A stretch of DNA of 49,331 bases from a virus (Duplodnaviria > Caudoviricetes): positions 1 through 49,331 of the IMG/VR virus record IMGVR_UViG_3300003969_000007; one strand, given 5' to 3'. Below the pieces are notes generated by a model. That model ran no database searches. It was given only the letters and a program-made list of their open reading frames with translations, and was not told where the DNA came from. The translations under genes and the position numbers were made by a program. Positions 8,535-18,624 of the stretch are shown in pieces (the stretch's first letter is position 1; each line of letters begins with the position of its first letter).

Positions 8535-10804
8535 ACGCCACCCCAGTACTGGCCGTAGCGAAGGCCATAGCCCGCCCGCTGTACAGTCCGCCGCTGCATC
8601 TGCCAGCTTTCCCAGGTATCGCGCACCGATTGGATTTCAACCGTGACTGTGTCGGCCAGGATTCCACCCTCTGCGGCAGCGGTGGCAACGTCCCAGGTGT
8701 AGTTGGTACTCGTGGTGACTGCACTGGTATGAATCAGTGTGCCCGCTGTATTGCGCAGGTACACCACATAGGTAGTGCCAGGCTCGGGACCCACATTGCC
8801 AGCGTCCTGGTGCACCAAATAGGCGGTTTGCTGCGTGCGGTCTCGATGGGTCCAAGCTACAACCAGGTCGCCAGCGACCACTGCCGGACTGGCTGCGCCA
8901 TTGATGCGCACCCGACCTGGTGGGTAAGGCAGACCTTGGCGCCCCAACAGGTCAACGGGATTGGCGTTGTCCGCCGGATAAGCGGCACCTTGCTGGAAGC
9001 TGGTTTTGGGGATCACTGAGACGTACACGGATTCACCTGGTGCACGGTCTATGCCCTCACTAGCGGTCCAGTCTCCGACTGCAACCAGTCGAGTGCCTGC
9101 AGCAAGGGCTTGCGGTGTGGTGTCCAACACGCCGCGTGCAAAATCTACTGTAGATCCGTTGAGGTCGATAGCAAGAATCTCCACCGCCTCACGAATCTGG
9201 CTGCTGGCATCCACCAGGTAACCATAGTCGCCCACTTTGATGCGGTCCAAATGGATGGCAGCACTGAACGGAACGCCTATGGCGTGCGATTCCACAAGCG
9301 CCAAAGCATCGGTCAAAGTGACCATGCCCGCATAGTCCGCCGTGGCCCGGCTTTGCAGATCAGCGGCTGCCATTCCTGTAGTGAGCTGCCAATTGAGTTG
9401 CGCGCTGCCCGCGTTGACTGCCAATGCACCAATCCACGTGTCGGTGTCATTCACATAGGCCATGTCCGAGCGGGACAGTCGCCGGGCGATCTCCCAATAG
9501 GGCAATTCAAAGCCGAGCGCCAAGGCGGGCGGGGTGGGCACCGTGACCGGCGCTTGCCAGGCCTTGGGCTCATCGCGCACCGCAGTCGCATCCAGTCCAA
9601 ACACGTCCTCCACCGCTTCAATAAGTAGCTCCGGCGCATCCAAGGTTCCTGCATACATGCTGACCACGCGCACCACCATTTGCTCTATTCCCAGACGCGG
9701 CCAATACAGATTGAACACATCTCCGGGTAATGGTTGTGCCGCAAGCGTGCTTCTGGACACCCGCATGCTCAGGCGCGCCAGCGGGGTTCCCAAGGCACGC
9801 AGATCCCGCATGGCCAGCCGTGCGGCCAATGGCCCGTAACTGACGCCGGGATAGTCGCGCCTTTGGTTGATCACGCCACCCTGCAAATGGATCGCTGCCA
9901 AATTCTCTGCGGCGACGGTGCGCTCGCCACCCGAATCCCAGTCGGTATAGACCACCGTGATTTCATTAGGAAGCTCACCCCATTGGGCACGCTCAAAGCG
10001 GTCGAGTGACACGATCTCATCCGGCCCCAACACCGGCAGTGACGCCGCTGAGTAATCACCGCGAACGAGCTTGATCTCAAAGTATCCAGTCTGCGGATCG
10101 GTGTACAGGATCGCGCCTACATGGTCCAGCACCTGCGATATGAATGTCTCAATGGGCTGCTGGCGGGTCCACAAAAAGTTCAGACCGAAGCCTTCGTTGT
10201 TGAATGCCCAGGCAGCATTCCAAAAGCTGGATCCCATACTGGTATCGGGATAGCCCATGCCCCAGTGCGGGTTGGTCAGACACTCGGCCAAAATATGCGC
10301 CGGGTTCATGCCCACGGTCACGGTGTCGTCCTGCTCAGCATCCCAAACGGTCACCTCTGCGGACGAGGCCATCCAGTTGGATGTTCCCCAACCTTGGGTA
10401 AATCGCCGCACCCGCACGGCCCAGGGTTTGAGATAGGGGTTGTTGGCTGCAAACAAGATGCGCCGCGCCACCAGACTGAGCACGCCCCGAAACGCAGGAA
10501 TGAGAGAACCCAGGTGTGCCTGTAAGTAGTCATTGGGTGCTTGGCTCGCCTGGCCTGACAGGACATCCACCACGCCCACCACACCGCCTTCACGTTCATC
10601 ACCTCCGAACAGTTCCGGCTGATTGATGCCGATCTGCGAGAGGCCATACCCCACCGGCAGCGGTCCCTGATCGGCATCGCCCCACGCGGTGCGCTCACCA
10701 ATGCGGATCTCTTGCACCGCATCCACCGGCCCATGGCACAGCACCAGATGCAGCCCAATGCTGTAGCGGTAGCCGACGGTCTTGGAACTTCCTCCACCAC
10801 CCAT
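8531..10804 (-). CDS. Tail tip / host-specificity (J-like) protein
   Basis: 757 aa with MGGGGSSKTVGYRY..LCHGPVD, MNPAHIL.ECLTN..WGMG and RGVLDTTP; distal tail position. Confidence 0.85.
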   Translation of the reverse strand: MGGGGSSKTVGYRYSIGLHLVLCHGPVDAVQEIRIGERTAWGDADQGPLPVGYGLSQIGINQPELFGGDEREGGVVGVVDVLSGQASQAPNDYLQAHLGSLIPAFRGVLSLVARRILFAANNPYLKPWAVRVRRFTQGWGTSNWMASSAEVTVWDAEQDDTVTVGMNPAHILAECLTNPHWGMGYPDTSMGSSFWNAAWAFNNEGFGLNFLWTRQQPIETFISQVLDHVGAILYTDPQTGYFEIKLVRGDYSAASLPVLGPDEIVSLDRFERAQWGELPNEITVVYTDWDSGGERTVAAENLAAIHLQGGVINQRRDYPGVSYGPLAARLAMRDLRALGTPLARLSMRVSRSTLAAQPLPGDVFNLYWPRLGIEQMVVRVVSMYAGTLDAPELLIEAVEDVFGLDATAVRDEPKAWQAPVTVPTPPALALGFELPYWEIARRLSRSDMAYVNDTDTWIGALAVNAGSAQLNWQLTTGMAAADLQSRATADYAGMVTLTDALALVESHAIGVPFSAAIHLDRIKVGDYGYLVDASSQIREAVEILAIDLNGSTVDFARGVLDTTPQALAAGTRLVAVGDWTASEGIDRAPGESVYVSVIPKTSFQQGAAYPADNANPVDLLGRQGLPYPPGRVRINGAASPAVVAGDLVVAWTHRDRTQQTAYLVHQDAGNVGPEPGTTYVVYLRNTAGTLIHTSAVTTSTNYTWDVATAAAEGGILADTVTVEIQSVRDTWESWQMQRRTVQRAGYGLRYGQYWGGV

Positions 10805-10806
10805 GG

Positions 10807-11049
10807 CTAGGTCCTCTTGCCTTGTGCATGGACCACCACGCGCTCTGCCATGGCGTCACCTGTGGCCAGCAAATCGGAAGCTTCGAGCCCGTCGCGCAAA
10901 AAGGCTTTGAAGTCCAAGCCATGGCGCTCCATAAACGAGCGGGTGCCGCCCACGCAAAAGCCGAGCTCCCGGGCGTCCTGGATCGTGACGCGCACAGGAG
11001 CGACATCAGACCGGGTTGGCATATCTGGGGCAGCAGGATGTGTGCTCAT
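10807..11049 (-). CDS. Small tail assembly protein
   Basis: 80 aa, FCVGGTRSF..HGLDF..FL..G; lies between tail tip genes. Confidence 0.65.
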   Translation of the reverse strand: MSTHPAAPDMPTRSDVAPVRVTIQDARELGFCVGGTRSFMERHGLDFKAFLRDGLEASDLLATGDAMAERVVVHAQGKRT

Positions 11050-11282
11050 TTTTTGCCTCCGCCCTTGCGGATAGGGTCAGTCGCCAAATCGCCGTACCAA
11101 ACCACGTTGGCGCCGGTGATCAGCACCGCACCAAAAACCACAGGGATGGGCCGCCCCTCTTCCGCTGTGGGGACCTGAACGTCGCTAAGCGCTGCAGGTT
11201 TGGGTGCAGGCGGTTTGGGGGCCAGGGCGGCGCTGATCAGGCTGGTGACCAGCAGTACGGCAAGGTAAGTAAACGGTTCCAT
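11046..11282 (-). CDS. Small tail assembly protein
   Basis: 78 aa with a hydrophobic N-terminus and PTAEEGRPIPVVFG...NVVWYGD. Confidence 0.75.
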   Translation of the reverse strand: MEPFTYLAVLLVTSLISAALAPKPPAPKPAALSDVQVPTAEEGRPIPVVFGAVLITGANVVWYGDLATDPIRKGGGKK

Positions 11283-11306
11283 GGATTTGTGTTCTTCTCT
11301 TGGTTC

Positions 11307-12107
11307 TTAAAAGACACCGGCAGAAAACGGGTTCTTGGGCGGTATGCCTGGAAACCCACCAAAGTTGTTCAAGTTGTTAAATCGGGAGGTGCAAGTTGAC
11401 GTGGTGTGGTCACAACCGGCCACCAGATCCACGACCTCGCCGGTTTGGATACCGACGGGATAGAGCAGCTCCACTGAGGAGTCGTCGCTCGCACTGACCA
11501 TGTGACGCGCACCGTTGGCCAGTTGCAGCCATCCCCCGGCCATCGCATTCACCACACCGGCAGGAACTCCACCCACCATAAACACCCGACGTGCATCGAC
11601 TGATTCCACTGTGGCAGTGGCAGCAAGCTGGGATGCGCCGCAGTTCGTGGAATACAACACGTGCGAGCACTTGCGGCTGTAGAGCCGACGCAGTCCAACC
11701 CGCTTGAGGCTCACATGGGCACTCTCACACCGCAAGGTGGCTTCAATCTCACCCACCTGCGCGCCCAACACCCTTCCCATCCAACGCGTTCCCGCAATCG
11801 ACCACCCAGAACCCCATGGATCTTTTTGGGCCACGCGCAGAATCAAGGTAATGACATCGCCGCCCGGCGCGGCTTGCATGGCGGCACGCACGATGGGCAG
11901 ATTGGATTGGACGTTGAGCTCTAGCGCCGACTTGGATGCCTCAGCGGTAAGTGCCAAACGGCTGCGCGCAATCTGCACCGATTCATAGACCCGGCCCGCC
12001 AAATCCAGTGCGAACTCGTGGGGCGTGTAGTACCAGGCTTCTTCGCCGCGTGCAAACTCATAGACCTCGGCTTCGATGACCGCAGGCACATTGGTATTCG
12101 CGGTCAT
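11307..12107 (-). CDS. BR0599-family tail tip protein
   Basis: C-terminal GCDHT..TC..RFNNLNNFGGFPGIP plus CSHVLYSTNC. Confidence 0.85.
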   Translation of the reverse strand: MTANTNVPAVIEAEVYEFARGEEAWYYTPHEFALDLAGRVYESVQIARSRLALTAEASKSALELNVQSNLPIVRAAMQAAPGGDVITLILRVAQKDPWGSGWSIAGTRWMGRVLGAQVGEIEATLRCESAHVSLKRVGLRRLYSRKCSHVLYSTNCGASQLAATATVESVDARRVFMVGGVPAGVVNAMAGGWLQLANGARHMVSASDDSSVELLYPVGIQTGEVVDLVAGCDHTTSTCTSRFNNLNNFGGFPGIPPKNPFSAGVF

Positions 12108-12109
12108 AT

Positions 12110-13696
12110 TTAGTATCCCCCGTAGTAGCTCATGCGGTCATTGCCCCGCGGCTCCGGCAGAGTCACGAAGGACAGTGCGATCTCCACAATGGAGTCGGTG
12201 TGCCATGTCAAATCAATGGCGTCATGGGCCAAACGGCAACGCTGCATACGCACGATGCGCGCACCCTTGGTCACTAGTGCATCCAAGGGGCTGCGCAGTA
12301 CCAAGGCATGGGACTCTCCGTATTGCACAGGCCCCGTCAAGGCATACAAGACCGAACCATCCGGGTTGTAAATTGCGCAAGCGGCCGGTCGATGCCAAAA
12401 CGCAGCTAGGCCCGAACCATCCACCTCCAAATACCCACTGTCGATGTCGGCATCGCTCTGAACAGTCAGTACAGGCGCAATGCCATCGGGCAACCAGAAA
12501 CTTCCATACTGGCCTTGCGCCACCCACAAGCGCCGCATCCATTCGGCATACGCGTCCGTTCCTGTGACCAGGTACCTGCGCTCCAGGGTGAGATTGCGCA
12601 CCGAATCCGCACGCCTGATCCATGCATCTGACACGCTGCTATCGAGCTGGTGCACGGCGGCACTGCTCCTTGCGCGTGGCGAATCGCGCCAATTGCCGTC
12701 CGGCCAAATGGGAATAGCGTCCAAAAGGGTGTCTGCGGGATAGTCCGGCAGCGTCAGGTCGTTCCATGGCGGGCGCTGAACCTGCAACACCGCAGCAACT
12801 TCACCATTGAAGACTCCCGGCACGAATTGCTCGGCGCCCATGTCTTCAATGCATATCCCTTGCGTCAGGGGCACTACCAGGCTGCCCACCGGCGCACTGC
12901 GTGCCAGCGGTTCCATCAACCACAGTACACCGGGTTCTGTGGAGTCAACGCGCGCCAATTGCCAGCCGTCCGGTGCATCAATCCAGACCCAGCGCTCGCT
13001 CAAGTCCCACCCATACAGTCCCCAAGAATCAACCGTCGCGTCCGCACGCAAAGGTCCAAACGCAGAAATTCGGCTATTCGGGTCTTCCACCGTCAAGGTC
13101 CAGGCACTCTGTTCTGCAGCCTCTATCACTCGCACTGCCAATTGCGGCTCGGGCCACCAGGCTTTTCTGGCCATGTGGTCTGCGAGCCAATCGGCCACCA
13201 GCGCATCTGATCGGCGACCGTTTCCAACGGCGTAGCGCAGACTGCGCCGGGGCAGCATGCGCAGGGCTTGTCGCTGCTCGTTTCCACTGGCAACCCGCTG
13301 CACCGAAGTTTTCCACTCCAGTCGTTCCACCAAGGGCTGCGACCAGTCATGGCGGAAGGCGAAGACACCCACGCCATCTTCTGGTCCGGCCAGGTCACCA
13401 AAGGCATCGTAGCCAGCGGCATTGATTCCTGACGATGATGTTTCCTTGCGCAGTACTTCAATCCAAAGTGTCTGGACTTCAGCCATCACGGTGGGCAGCG
13501 TGGCAACTTCGGCGACAAACTCCACAGCACTCGTATACGGTCCGGCGATGGAAGCTACTTCCAGTGGCTGTTGGCGCAGACTGGTGCGCGCTGCTGGACG
13601 CGTCGCACTCTCCAGCCGCTCCCCAACCAGCGCAGCGCGTGCGGCAGCCCGAGAAGCAACTTCAGTGCGGAGGTCCTGTACAACGGGTGCGGTCAT
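12110..13696 (-). CDS. Virion structural (distal tail) protein
   Basis: 528 aa, DWSQPLVERLEWKT...EQR.ALR..PRR; lies after the tape measure module. Confidence 0.7.
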   Translation of the reverse strand: MTAPVVQDLRTEVASRAAARAALVGERLESATRPAARTSLRQQPLEVASIAGPYTSAVEFVAEVATLPTVMAEVQTLWIEVLRKETSSSGINAAGYDAFGDLAGPEDGVGVFAFRHDWSQPLVERLEWKTSVQRVASGNEQRQALRMLPRRSLRYAVGNGRRSDALVADWLADHMARKAWWPEPQLAVRVIEAAEQSAWTLTVEDPNSRISAFGPLRADATVDSWGLYGWDLSERWVWIDAPDGWQLARVDSTEPGVLWLMEPLARSAPVGSLVVPLTQGICIEDMGAEQFVPGVFNGEVAAVLQVQRPPWNDLTLPDYPADTLLDAIPIWPDGNWRDSPRARSSAAVHQLDSSVSDAWIRRADSVRNLTLERRYLVTGTDAYAEWMRRLWVAQGQYGSFWLPDGIAPVLTVQSDADIDSGYLEVDGSGLAAFWHRPAACAIYNPDGSVLYALTGPVQYGESHALVLRSPLDALVTKGARIVRMQRCRLAHDAIDLTWHTDSIVEIALSFVTLPEPRGNDRMSYYGGY

Positions 13697-13726
13697 GGGG
13701 ATGGCGCTCCTAAGTGGACTTCAGCA

Positions 13727-14794
13727 CTAAGCGGATTCGACACCGAACTCGGCCGCATTGAGCGTAGCCTCAGTCCACACTGCAGCGCCATTGGGATTGC
13801 GCTCGATTACTGCGGTGTTCCACGCGGCCTGCTCCTGCAAGTTGATGGCTGCAGAGGTGGACGTACTGGCACCACTGACGGCCAAGGCTTTCATGGTCGT
13901 GGAGCCAGCGTCGGTCTTGCGTGCCAGGCTGGTCACCTGCACGCCACATATGGCCGGGGTGCTCATGGTGGGCAGAGCTGCGAACCCAAAACTCTGGCGC
14001 TGGCCAGCGGCCGTGGCGGTCAGGACAGTGGCCTCGTCGTTGTCCGCAGCGATCTGCCACGGTGTGGCACCGCTGGGGGTCGGTGCAAACTGGTTGAGCG
14101 TGCCTGCCTCGTTGGGCAGCAGCAGATCCACGCGTACGTCACCCAGAAAGGTGTTGTTGATGGTGCCGCTGGTGTCGGCGATATAAAAGTCATCGATATC
14201 CACCGTGGCCAGGGCTGCCTGGCTGGGCACCGCGCCCACAAAGGCGGTGAGCAAGGGACCAGCTCCGTACTGCGTGTTTTGACCGGTTAGGTTGATGGCA
14301 ATGCTGCCGTTGAGCCGCACTTGCACGACTCCCGCTCCACTGGATTGGGTCAGCAAAAACTCCAGGTAATGCCAACCCCGGTGCGCTGCGGTGGACACCG
14401 AAGCCGACAGCAGTTGGTCCCAGCCGTTGGTGCCGTCACGCCGATATAGACGCAAGCGGGCGTCGTCACCGAGCTTGACCAGGTACAGCACCTGGGTGCT
14501 GGTGTCCCGAATACCCATGAGAACCGGCTCAATGCCACTGCCCGCATCAAAGGGGCTGACGCGAATAGCTGCGCCCACAATCATGCTGGTCACACCCGCG
14601 TCCAAATTCTTGACATAGCCACCCCCATTGCCTTGGGGCAAGCGCAAGGCCCAAGACGCGGGTCGGCGCCCGGCAACACGGGTGGCGTAGCGGCTCAGGT
14701 ACGCTGCCTTACCCCGGGCCAGCAGGGGATCTCCCAAGGCGTCCAACGCTTGTGGGTCGTAGTGATCAAACCCATCGATAAATAGCAGTGCCAT
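13727..14794 (-). CDS. Virion structural protein, beta-rich
   Basis: 355 aa, MALLFIDGFDHY...WHYLEF...IDDFYI; directly downstream of the tape measure gene. Confidence 0.65.
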   Translation of the reverse strand: MALLFIDGFDHYDPQALDALGDPLLARGKAAYLSRYATRVAGRRPASWALRLPQGNGGGYVKNLDAGVTSMIVGAAIRVSPFDAGSGIEPVLMGIRDTSTQVLYLVKLGDDARLRLYRRDGTNGWDQLLSASVSTAAHRGWHYLEFLLTQSSGAGVVQVRLNGSIAINLTGQNTQYGAGPLLTAFVGAVPSQAALATVDIDDFYIADTSGTINNTFLGDVRVDLLLPNEAGTLNQFAPTPSGATPWQIAADNDEATVLTATAAGQRQSFGFAALPTMSTPAICGVQVTSLARKTDAGSTTMKALAVSGASTSTSAAINLQEQAAWNTAVIERNPNGAAVWTEATLNAAEFGVESA

Positions 14795-14797
14795 GGT

Positions 14798-17392
14798 TCA
14801 GTTTCCCAATGCGGCGCGAATCGCGCGTGAGTTGCGTCCAATGACGTTGACAATGACCCGCTCCCCCGCTGGGGTCTGAAGCTGGTCGTGAATGAGACCT
14901 GGGTCGACGGAATTGACGATGCGCACCGATTGATTGACTTGAGGCTGTGCGCCCGCTTGTGGCACCAGACCACCATCGGCAAAGGCCAGACGGCCCTGGT
15001 GCACCCGCGGCCCTCGAGCCATGCCGTTGATAGACTCCAGCAGCCCGACGCCCACGCGACGCACAGCGGCGGCTCGTACCACGTATTCCCCGGCCGATAG
15101 GCGTGCCGGGATCGAGTCCGAGGTGGAGGTACCAGGTCCACTGACATAGCCACCGCGCGCAAAGCCCGCAGCAAACAGGGCGGAGACAAAGCCACCTAGC
15201 CCACCTCCGCCAGCACCACCAGCACCGCCTGCAGTAGAAAACAGTGACTGCGCCAGCTTTTGCGCTGCGATCTGGGCGATCGCCTGCAAGACCGAGCGGG
15301 CGAACTGGCTGAATGCCTCGCTGGCAGTCGCCGCACCGGTGGCCAGCGACTCAAACATCTGCGCAAAAGCCCCTTCCACCTTGGTGTTGATGGCCACCGC
15401 CACGTCATCCACTACCAGCCGCGTGCGCTGCAGCTCGTTGCGCCAGGCCGCCACACGCGCCACCGCCTCAGGACCAATGGCCGTGGCAGCCTTCTCCATA
15501 GTGGGTAGCAGGCGTTCCATCTCGGACGCCGACTGCTTTTGCACATCCACCAGCTGGGTGCGCGCCTGCGATTCGGACAACAACCCGGACTGCTGCTGGA
15601 CCCGGATGCTGTCCTGGGCATTGCGCAGACGCTCAGTCACCAGCTTCCACTCGGCTTCCACCGCATTCAGATTGGCCTGGGCCGCTTTGACATCGATCAG
15701 CTGGTCGACCAAAGACACCCCTTGGGTATCGCCTTGGGCATTCAGTCGCGCCTTGAGATCAGCGAACTGGCGCTCCACCGCGGCGCGGCGGTCGCCATCG
15801 GTCCCCGTATTGGTGATTTGCAGGAACTCATCGCGTACACGGGCCAGCGCGTCGGCCAGTTCCTTCTCGGCCTTGGCTGCTGCGTAGGCATTGACGACTT
15901 CGCTCTCAGCACGTTGCAGATTGAGGACCTTGATTTCGCCCTCGAGCTTCTTGACCTCGGCTTTGGCGCGTAGGCGCTGGACTTCGTCCTTGCCATTTAC
16001 CGCCACCGAAGACTGGGCGGTGAGTTCTTCCTGACGGGCACGAATCTCCTGGTCAATCGACTGCTGCTCCACCCGCTGCTTGCGCGCGTAGTAGTCCTTG
16101 ATGGAAATCAGCCGGTCTTCCAGGGAACGGTCCAATGCCGCCTTTTGCAAATCGAACCCTTGCTTGAGCAGCTTGAATTCGGCTTCGGCCTGCGCCTTGA
16201 TGACCGCCAGTTTGGCGCCCGTGGTGTCCTGGTCAGCCTGTCCCTTGCCGGTTTCGCGTTTGACGCATTGGCCACCCACCCATTGGCCGCCCGAGACCAC
16301 GCAGGCAATGCGCTGCATGTCGTCGGTGGGCTTGCCCTCGGGCTTCTTCGCCTCTGGGCGGTTGGACTCGGTCAGCGACTTCAGACGCCCCTGGGCTGCT
16401 GCCAGTTCGCCTTCCCATTGGCCCAAGTTCTTGCGCAAGGTTGCCAGGGCCTGGTCGTTGAACTTGATGTCGAAGGGCAGGAATGGAATGGGTGCCTTGC
16501 CACTTTGCAGCTTCTGGCGGGCGCCCTCGACCAATTCCTGCAAGCGCTTGATCTCACCCTGGGCCTGGCTGACCTCGGTGCCGTTGAAGAGCAGATTGCC
16601 CACGCCACCCAGGCCCACCCACAGCGCCTTGAGCTTGCCGCCCTCGGCAACAGCTTCGCGCATGGCGTTGCTGATGTTGATCAGCTCCGGCAGAAATTCG
16701 CGCGACAGGGAAATGCCGAGTGCGGAAGATGATGCCTTGAGGGCAGTCAGGTTGTCATTGAATACTTCGGCCGATTGGGCAGTTTCGGTACTGAGCTTGA
16801 GGCCCAGTCGCTCGGCTTCTGCGGTGAGCTGGTTGATACCGGCTGCACCCTGGTTCAGGAATGGAATCATCTCCATCCCGCTTTTGCCGAAGAGCTTGAC
16901 GGCCAGGGATGTCTTGACGGCGCCGTCTTCCAGGTTGGCAAAGACATTCGCCACCTGCAGCAACACGTCCTGCGTGGACTTCATGCTGCCATCGGCATTC
17001 TTTACCGAAATACCCAAGGCATCAAAGACAACCGCACCATCGCCAATGCCGGTGTTGGCCTCGGTCATCAGTTGCGACAGTCCCTTGATACCCTTTTGCA
17101 AAGTCTCCAGACTCACATCCGAGAGCTGGGCCGCAAAGCGCAGGGTCGACAGGGCCTCGACCGAAATGCCAATCTTCTGCGAGAGCTTGTTGAGTTCGTC
17201 CGCGGTGTCGATGGTGTGCTTGATCATCGCCACAAAGCCCACGGCCGACAGGGACACGCCCAGACCCGCCAACAACCCCTTGACCCGATCGGACTGGTCG
17301 CCCAGCTTGGCCAGGTTGTCGCGGACCGAGTTGAAGGCGTCACGGGTCTGGTCCACCGCTGTGATCAGGATTTGCGCACGGTTGTTGGCCAT
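14798..17392 (-). CDS. Tail tape measure protein
   Basis: 864 aa, Ala/Gln/Glu-rich and helical; N-terminal ITAVDQT and C-terminal FARGGYVSGPGTSTSDSIPARLSAGEYV. Confidence 0.92.
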   Translation of the reverse strand: MANNRAQILITAVDQTRDAFNSVRDNLAKLGDQSDRVKGLLAGLGVSLSAVGFVAMIKHTIDTADELNKLSQKIGISVEALSTLRFAAQLSDVSLETLQKGIKGLSQLMTEANTGIGDGAVVFDALGISVKNADGSMKSTQDVLLQVANVFANLEDGAVKTSLAVKLFGKSGMEMIPFLNQGAAGINQLTAEAERLGLKLSTETAQSAEVFNDNLTALKASSSALGISLSREFLPELINISNAMREAVAEGGKLKALWVGLGGVGNLLFNGTEVSQAQGEIKRLQELVEGARQKLQSGKAPIPFLPFDIKFNDQALATLRKNLGQWEGELAAAQGRLKSLTESNRPEAKKPEGKPTDDMQRIACVVSGGQWVGGQCVKRETGKGQADQDTTGAKLAVIKAQAEAEFKLLKQGFDLQKAALDRSLEDRLISIKDYYARKQRVEQQSIDQEIRARQEELTAQSSVAVNGKDEVQRLRAKAEVKKLEGEIKVLNLQRAESEVVNAYAAAKAEKELADALARVRDEFLQITNTGTDGDRRAAVERQFADLKARLNAQGDTQGVSLVDQLIDVKAAQANLNAVEAEWKLVTERLRNAQDSIRVQQQSGLLSESQARTQLVDVQKQSASEMERLLPTMEKAATAIGPEAVARVAAWRNELQRTRLVVDDVAVAINTKVEGAFAQMFESLATGAATASEAFSQFARSVLQAIAQIAAQKLAQSLFSTAGGAGGAGGGGLGGFVSALFAAGFARGGYVSGPGTSTSDSIPARLSAGEYVVRAAAVRRVGVGLLESINGMARGPRVHQGRLAFADGGLVPQAGAQPQVNQSVRIVNSVDPGLIHDQLQTPAGERVIVNVIGRNSRAIRAALGN

Positions 17393-18033
17393 CAGGTTTT
17401 CTCCAATGCGTTTTCAATGGCTTGGGCTAGACCGGGCAAGCTGCTTTGCACCGCATCCACCAAACCCAATCGGCGCTTGAGGTTGACTCGCTTGACCAAA
17501 ACCGCAATGGGCACTTCCTGCCCGCGCTTGATCTTCTTAGTCCCGGTGCGGCCGCGCTCTGCCTTTTTGAAGCGGGAGAGCTGGCTGCTGTTCTCCTGAA
17601 TGTTTTCGGCCATCAGAATGACCTTTCCGCCCTTCTTGATGAAGAAGGCATTGCCCGAGCGCATCAAGGTATCCACCAACTTGGCAAATTGCTTCGGCCC
17701 CATCCTGTTGGGCAGCAGCGGAATAAGCATGTTGCCGCTCACGGTGCCGCCGGTCTCGTGCAGACCCAGCCAAGGGATGCGGCTGCCAATCAGGAGGTCG
17801 GGGAGCCGCTCGGGCTTCTTGTCCAGAACCTTGGCCTGCATGGAGTTCACAAACCCGGATCGAGCGACTTTAAAGGCCGCGCGCATGCGGGCACGCGCCG
17901 CGTCTCGAACCTCAATGCCACCGGTTTTAAGGCCCTGGGCAACAGCGGTGCGGATGGCCTTTTTACGCTCCGATGTCCAGGCGGCCAAGGTCCCCGGATC
18001 CAGCAGTCCGGTCTGGGTCAAAGAGAGCTTCAT
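17392..18033 (-). CDS. Basic phage tail-region protein (DUF6441-like)
   Basis: 213 aa, Lys/Arg-rich; translationally coupled at both ends. Confidence 0.6.
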   Translation of the reverse strand: MKLSLTQTGLLDPGTLAAWTSERKKAIRTAVAQGLKTGGIEVRDAARARMRAAFKVARSGFVNSMQAKVLDKKPERLPDLLIGSRIPWLGLHETGGTVSGNMLIPLLPNRMGPKQFAKLVDTLMRSGNAFFIKKGGKVILMAENIQENSSQLSRFKKAERGRTGTKKIKRGQEVPIAVLVKRVNLKRRLGLVDAVQSSLPGLAQAIENALEKT

Positions 18034-18317
18034 AAGGGTTCTGGGGTGTAGGTGATATCGCGGCGCAAGCGGTCCATCGCCGCCTTGTCGCCCTGCGCGG
18101 CCACCGCGTGCAGGGTTAACTGGTTGGCTAGGTGTTCGCGTTCGAGGCGCTGGTGGGCTTCAAGAAACGCATGCACCTGGCGCACGGTGTAGTGCAGGAT
18201 GTCGCAATAGCGGTGGCCAGAGCGGATCAGCTGGGCAAGGGCGTCGTCCCAAGCGAGGCGGTCACGGTCCGAACCTTGAGCGCGGCCTGTTGAATGGCCG
18301 GAGCGACCCGGCGCACG
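18030..18317 (-). CDS. Tail assembly chaperone C-terminal extension (gpT-like), reached by -1 frameshift
   Basis: The -1 frame is open for 95 codons from the T-TTT-TTC heptamer (18323-18317): ...WDDALAQLIRSGHRYCDILHYTVRQVHAFL...PEPL*. Its stop overlaps the next ATG. Absent from the ORF track. Confidence 0.78.
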   Translation of the reverse strand, partial: RAPGRSGHSTGRAQGSDRDRLAWDDALAQLIRSGHRYCDILHYTVRQVHAFLEAHQRLEREHLANQLTLHAVAAQGDKAAMDRLRRDITYTPEPL

Positions 18318-18616
18318 AAAAAATCCGCATTCACCTCAAACACAGCTTCTGCCAGGCGCACCGCATCGTCGAGCTGCAACGACTCCACCCAAACCAGGTC
18401 GCTGCGCGCGGCCAGAGCGACGGCTTTGAGCAGTGCCCGGCCATGCACCGCCATCAAGGACAGCCAGTCCGGATCTTCAGAAAAGACTTCGGCAATGGGC
18501 TGCACTGCTGCTAGGAATTGCGGCAGCTCACCCACCCGCAAGGGCGTGATTTCTACCGTAGTACCAGCCACAGTCAGCAGATGCGGCGCCATTGGCAAGG
18601 TGTGCATTTGTTCCAT
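18227..18616 (-). CDS. Tail assembly chaperone (gpG-like)
   Basis: Follows the major tail gene; start after GAGGTG; the EVNADFF motif carries the slippery site. Confidence 0.8.
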   Translation of the reverse strand: MEQMHTLPMAPHLLTVAGTTVEITPLRVGELPQFLAAVQPIAEVFSEDPDWLSLMAVHGRALLKAVALAARSDLVWVESLQLDDAVRLAEAVFEVNADFFVRRVAPAIQQAALKVRTVTASLGTTPLPS

Positions 18617-18624
18617 GGCGCACC

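Noticed and set aside
8531-14794. Diversity-generating retroelement or invertible tail-fibre switch
   Set aside because: No reverse transcriptase, template/variable repeat pair or invertase with flanking inverted repeats was seen.
16098-17480. 460-aa plus-strand ORF (similar long ORFs at 19613-20536, 25238-26347, 34109-34984 and 35000-36064)
   Set aside because: Antisense shadows of well-supported genes in GC-rich DNA, with no recognisable motifs.
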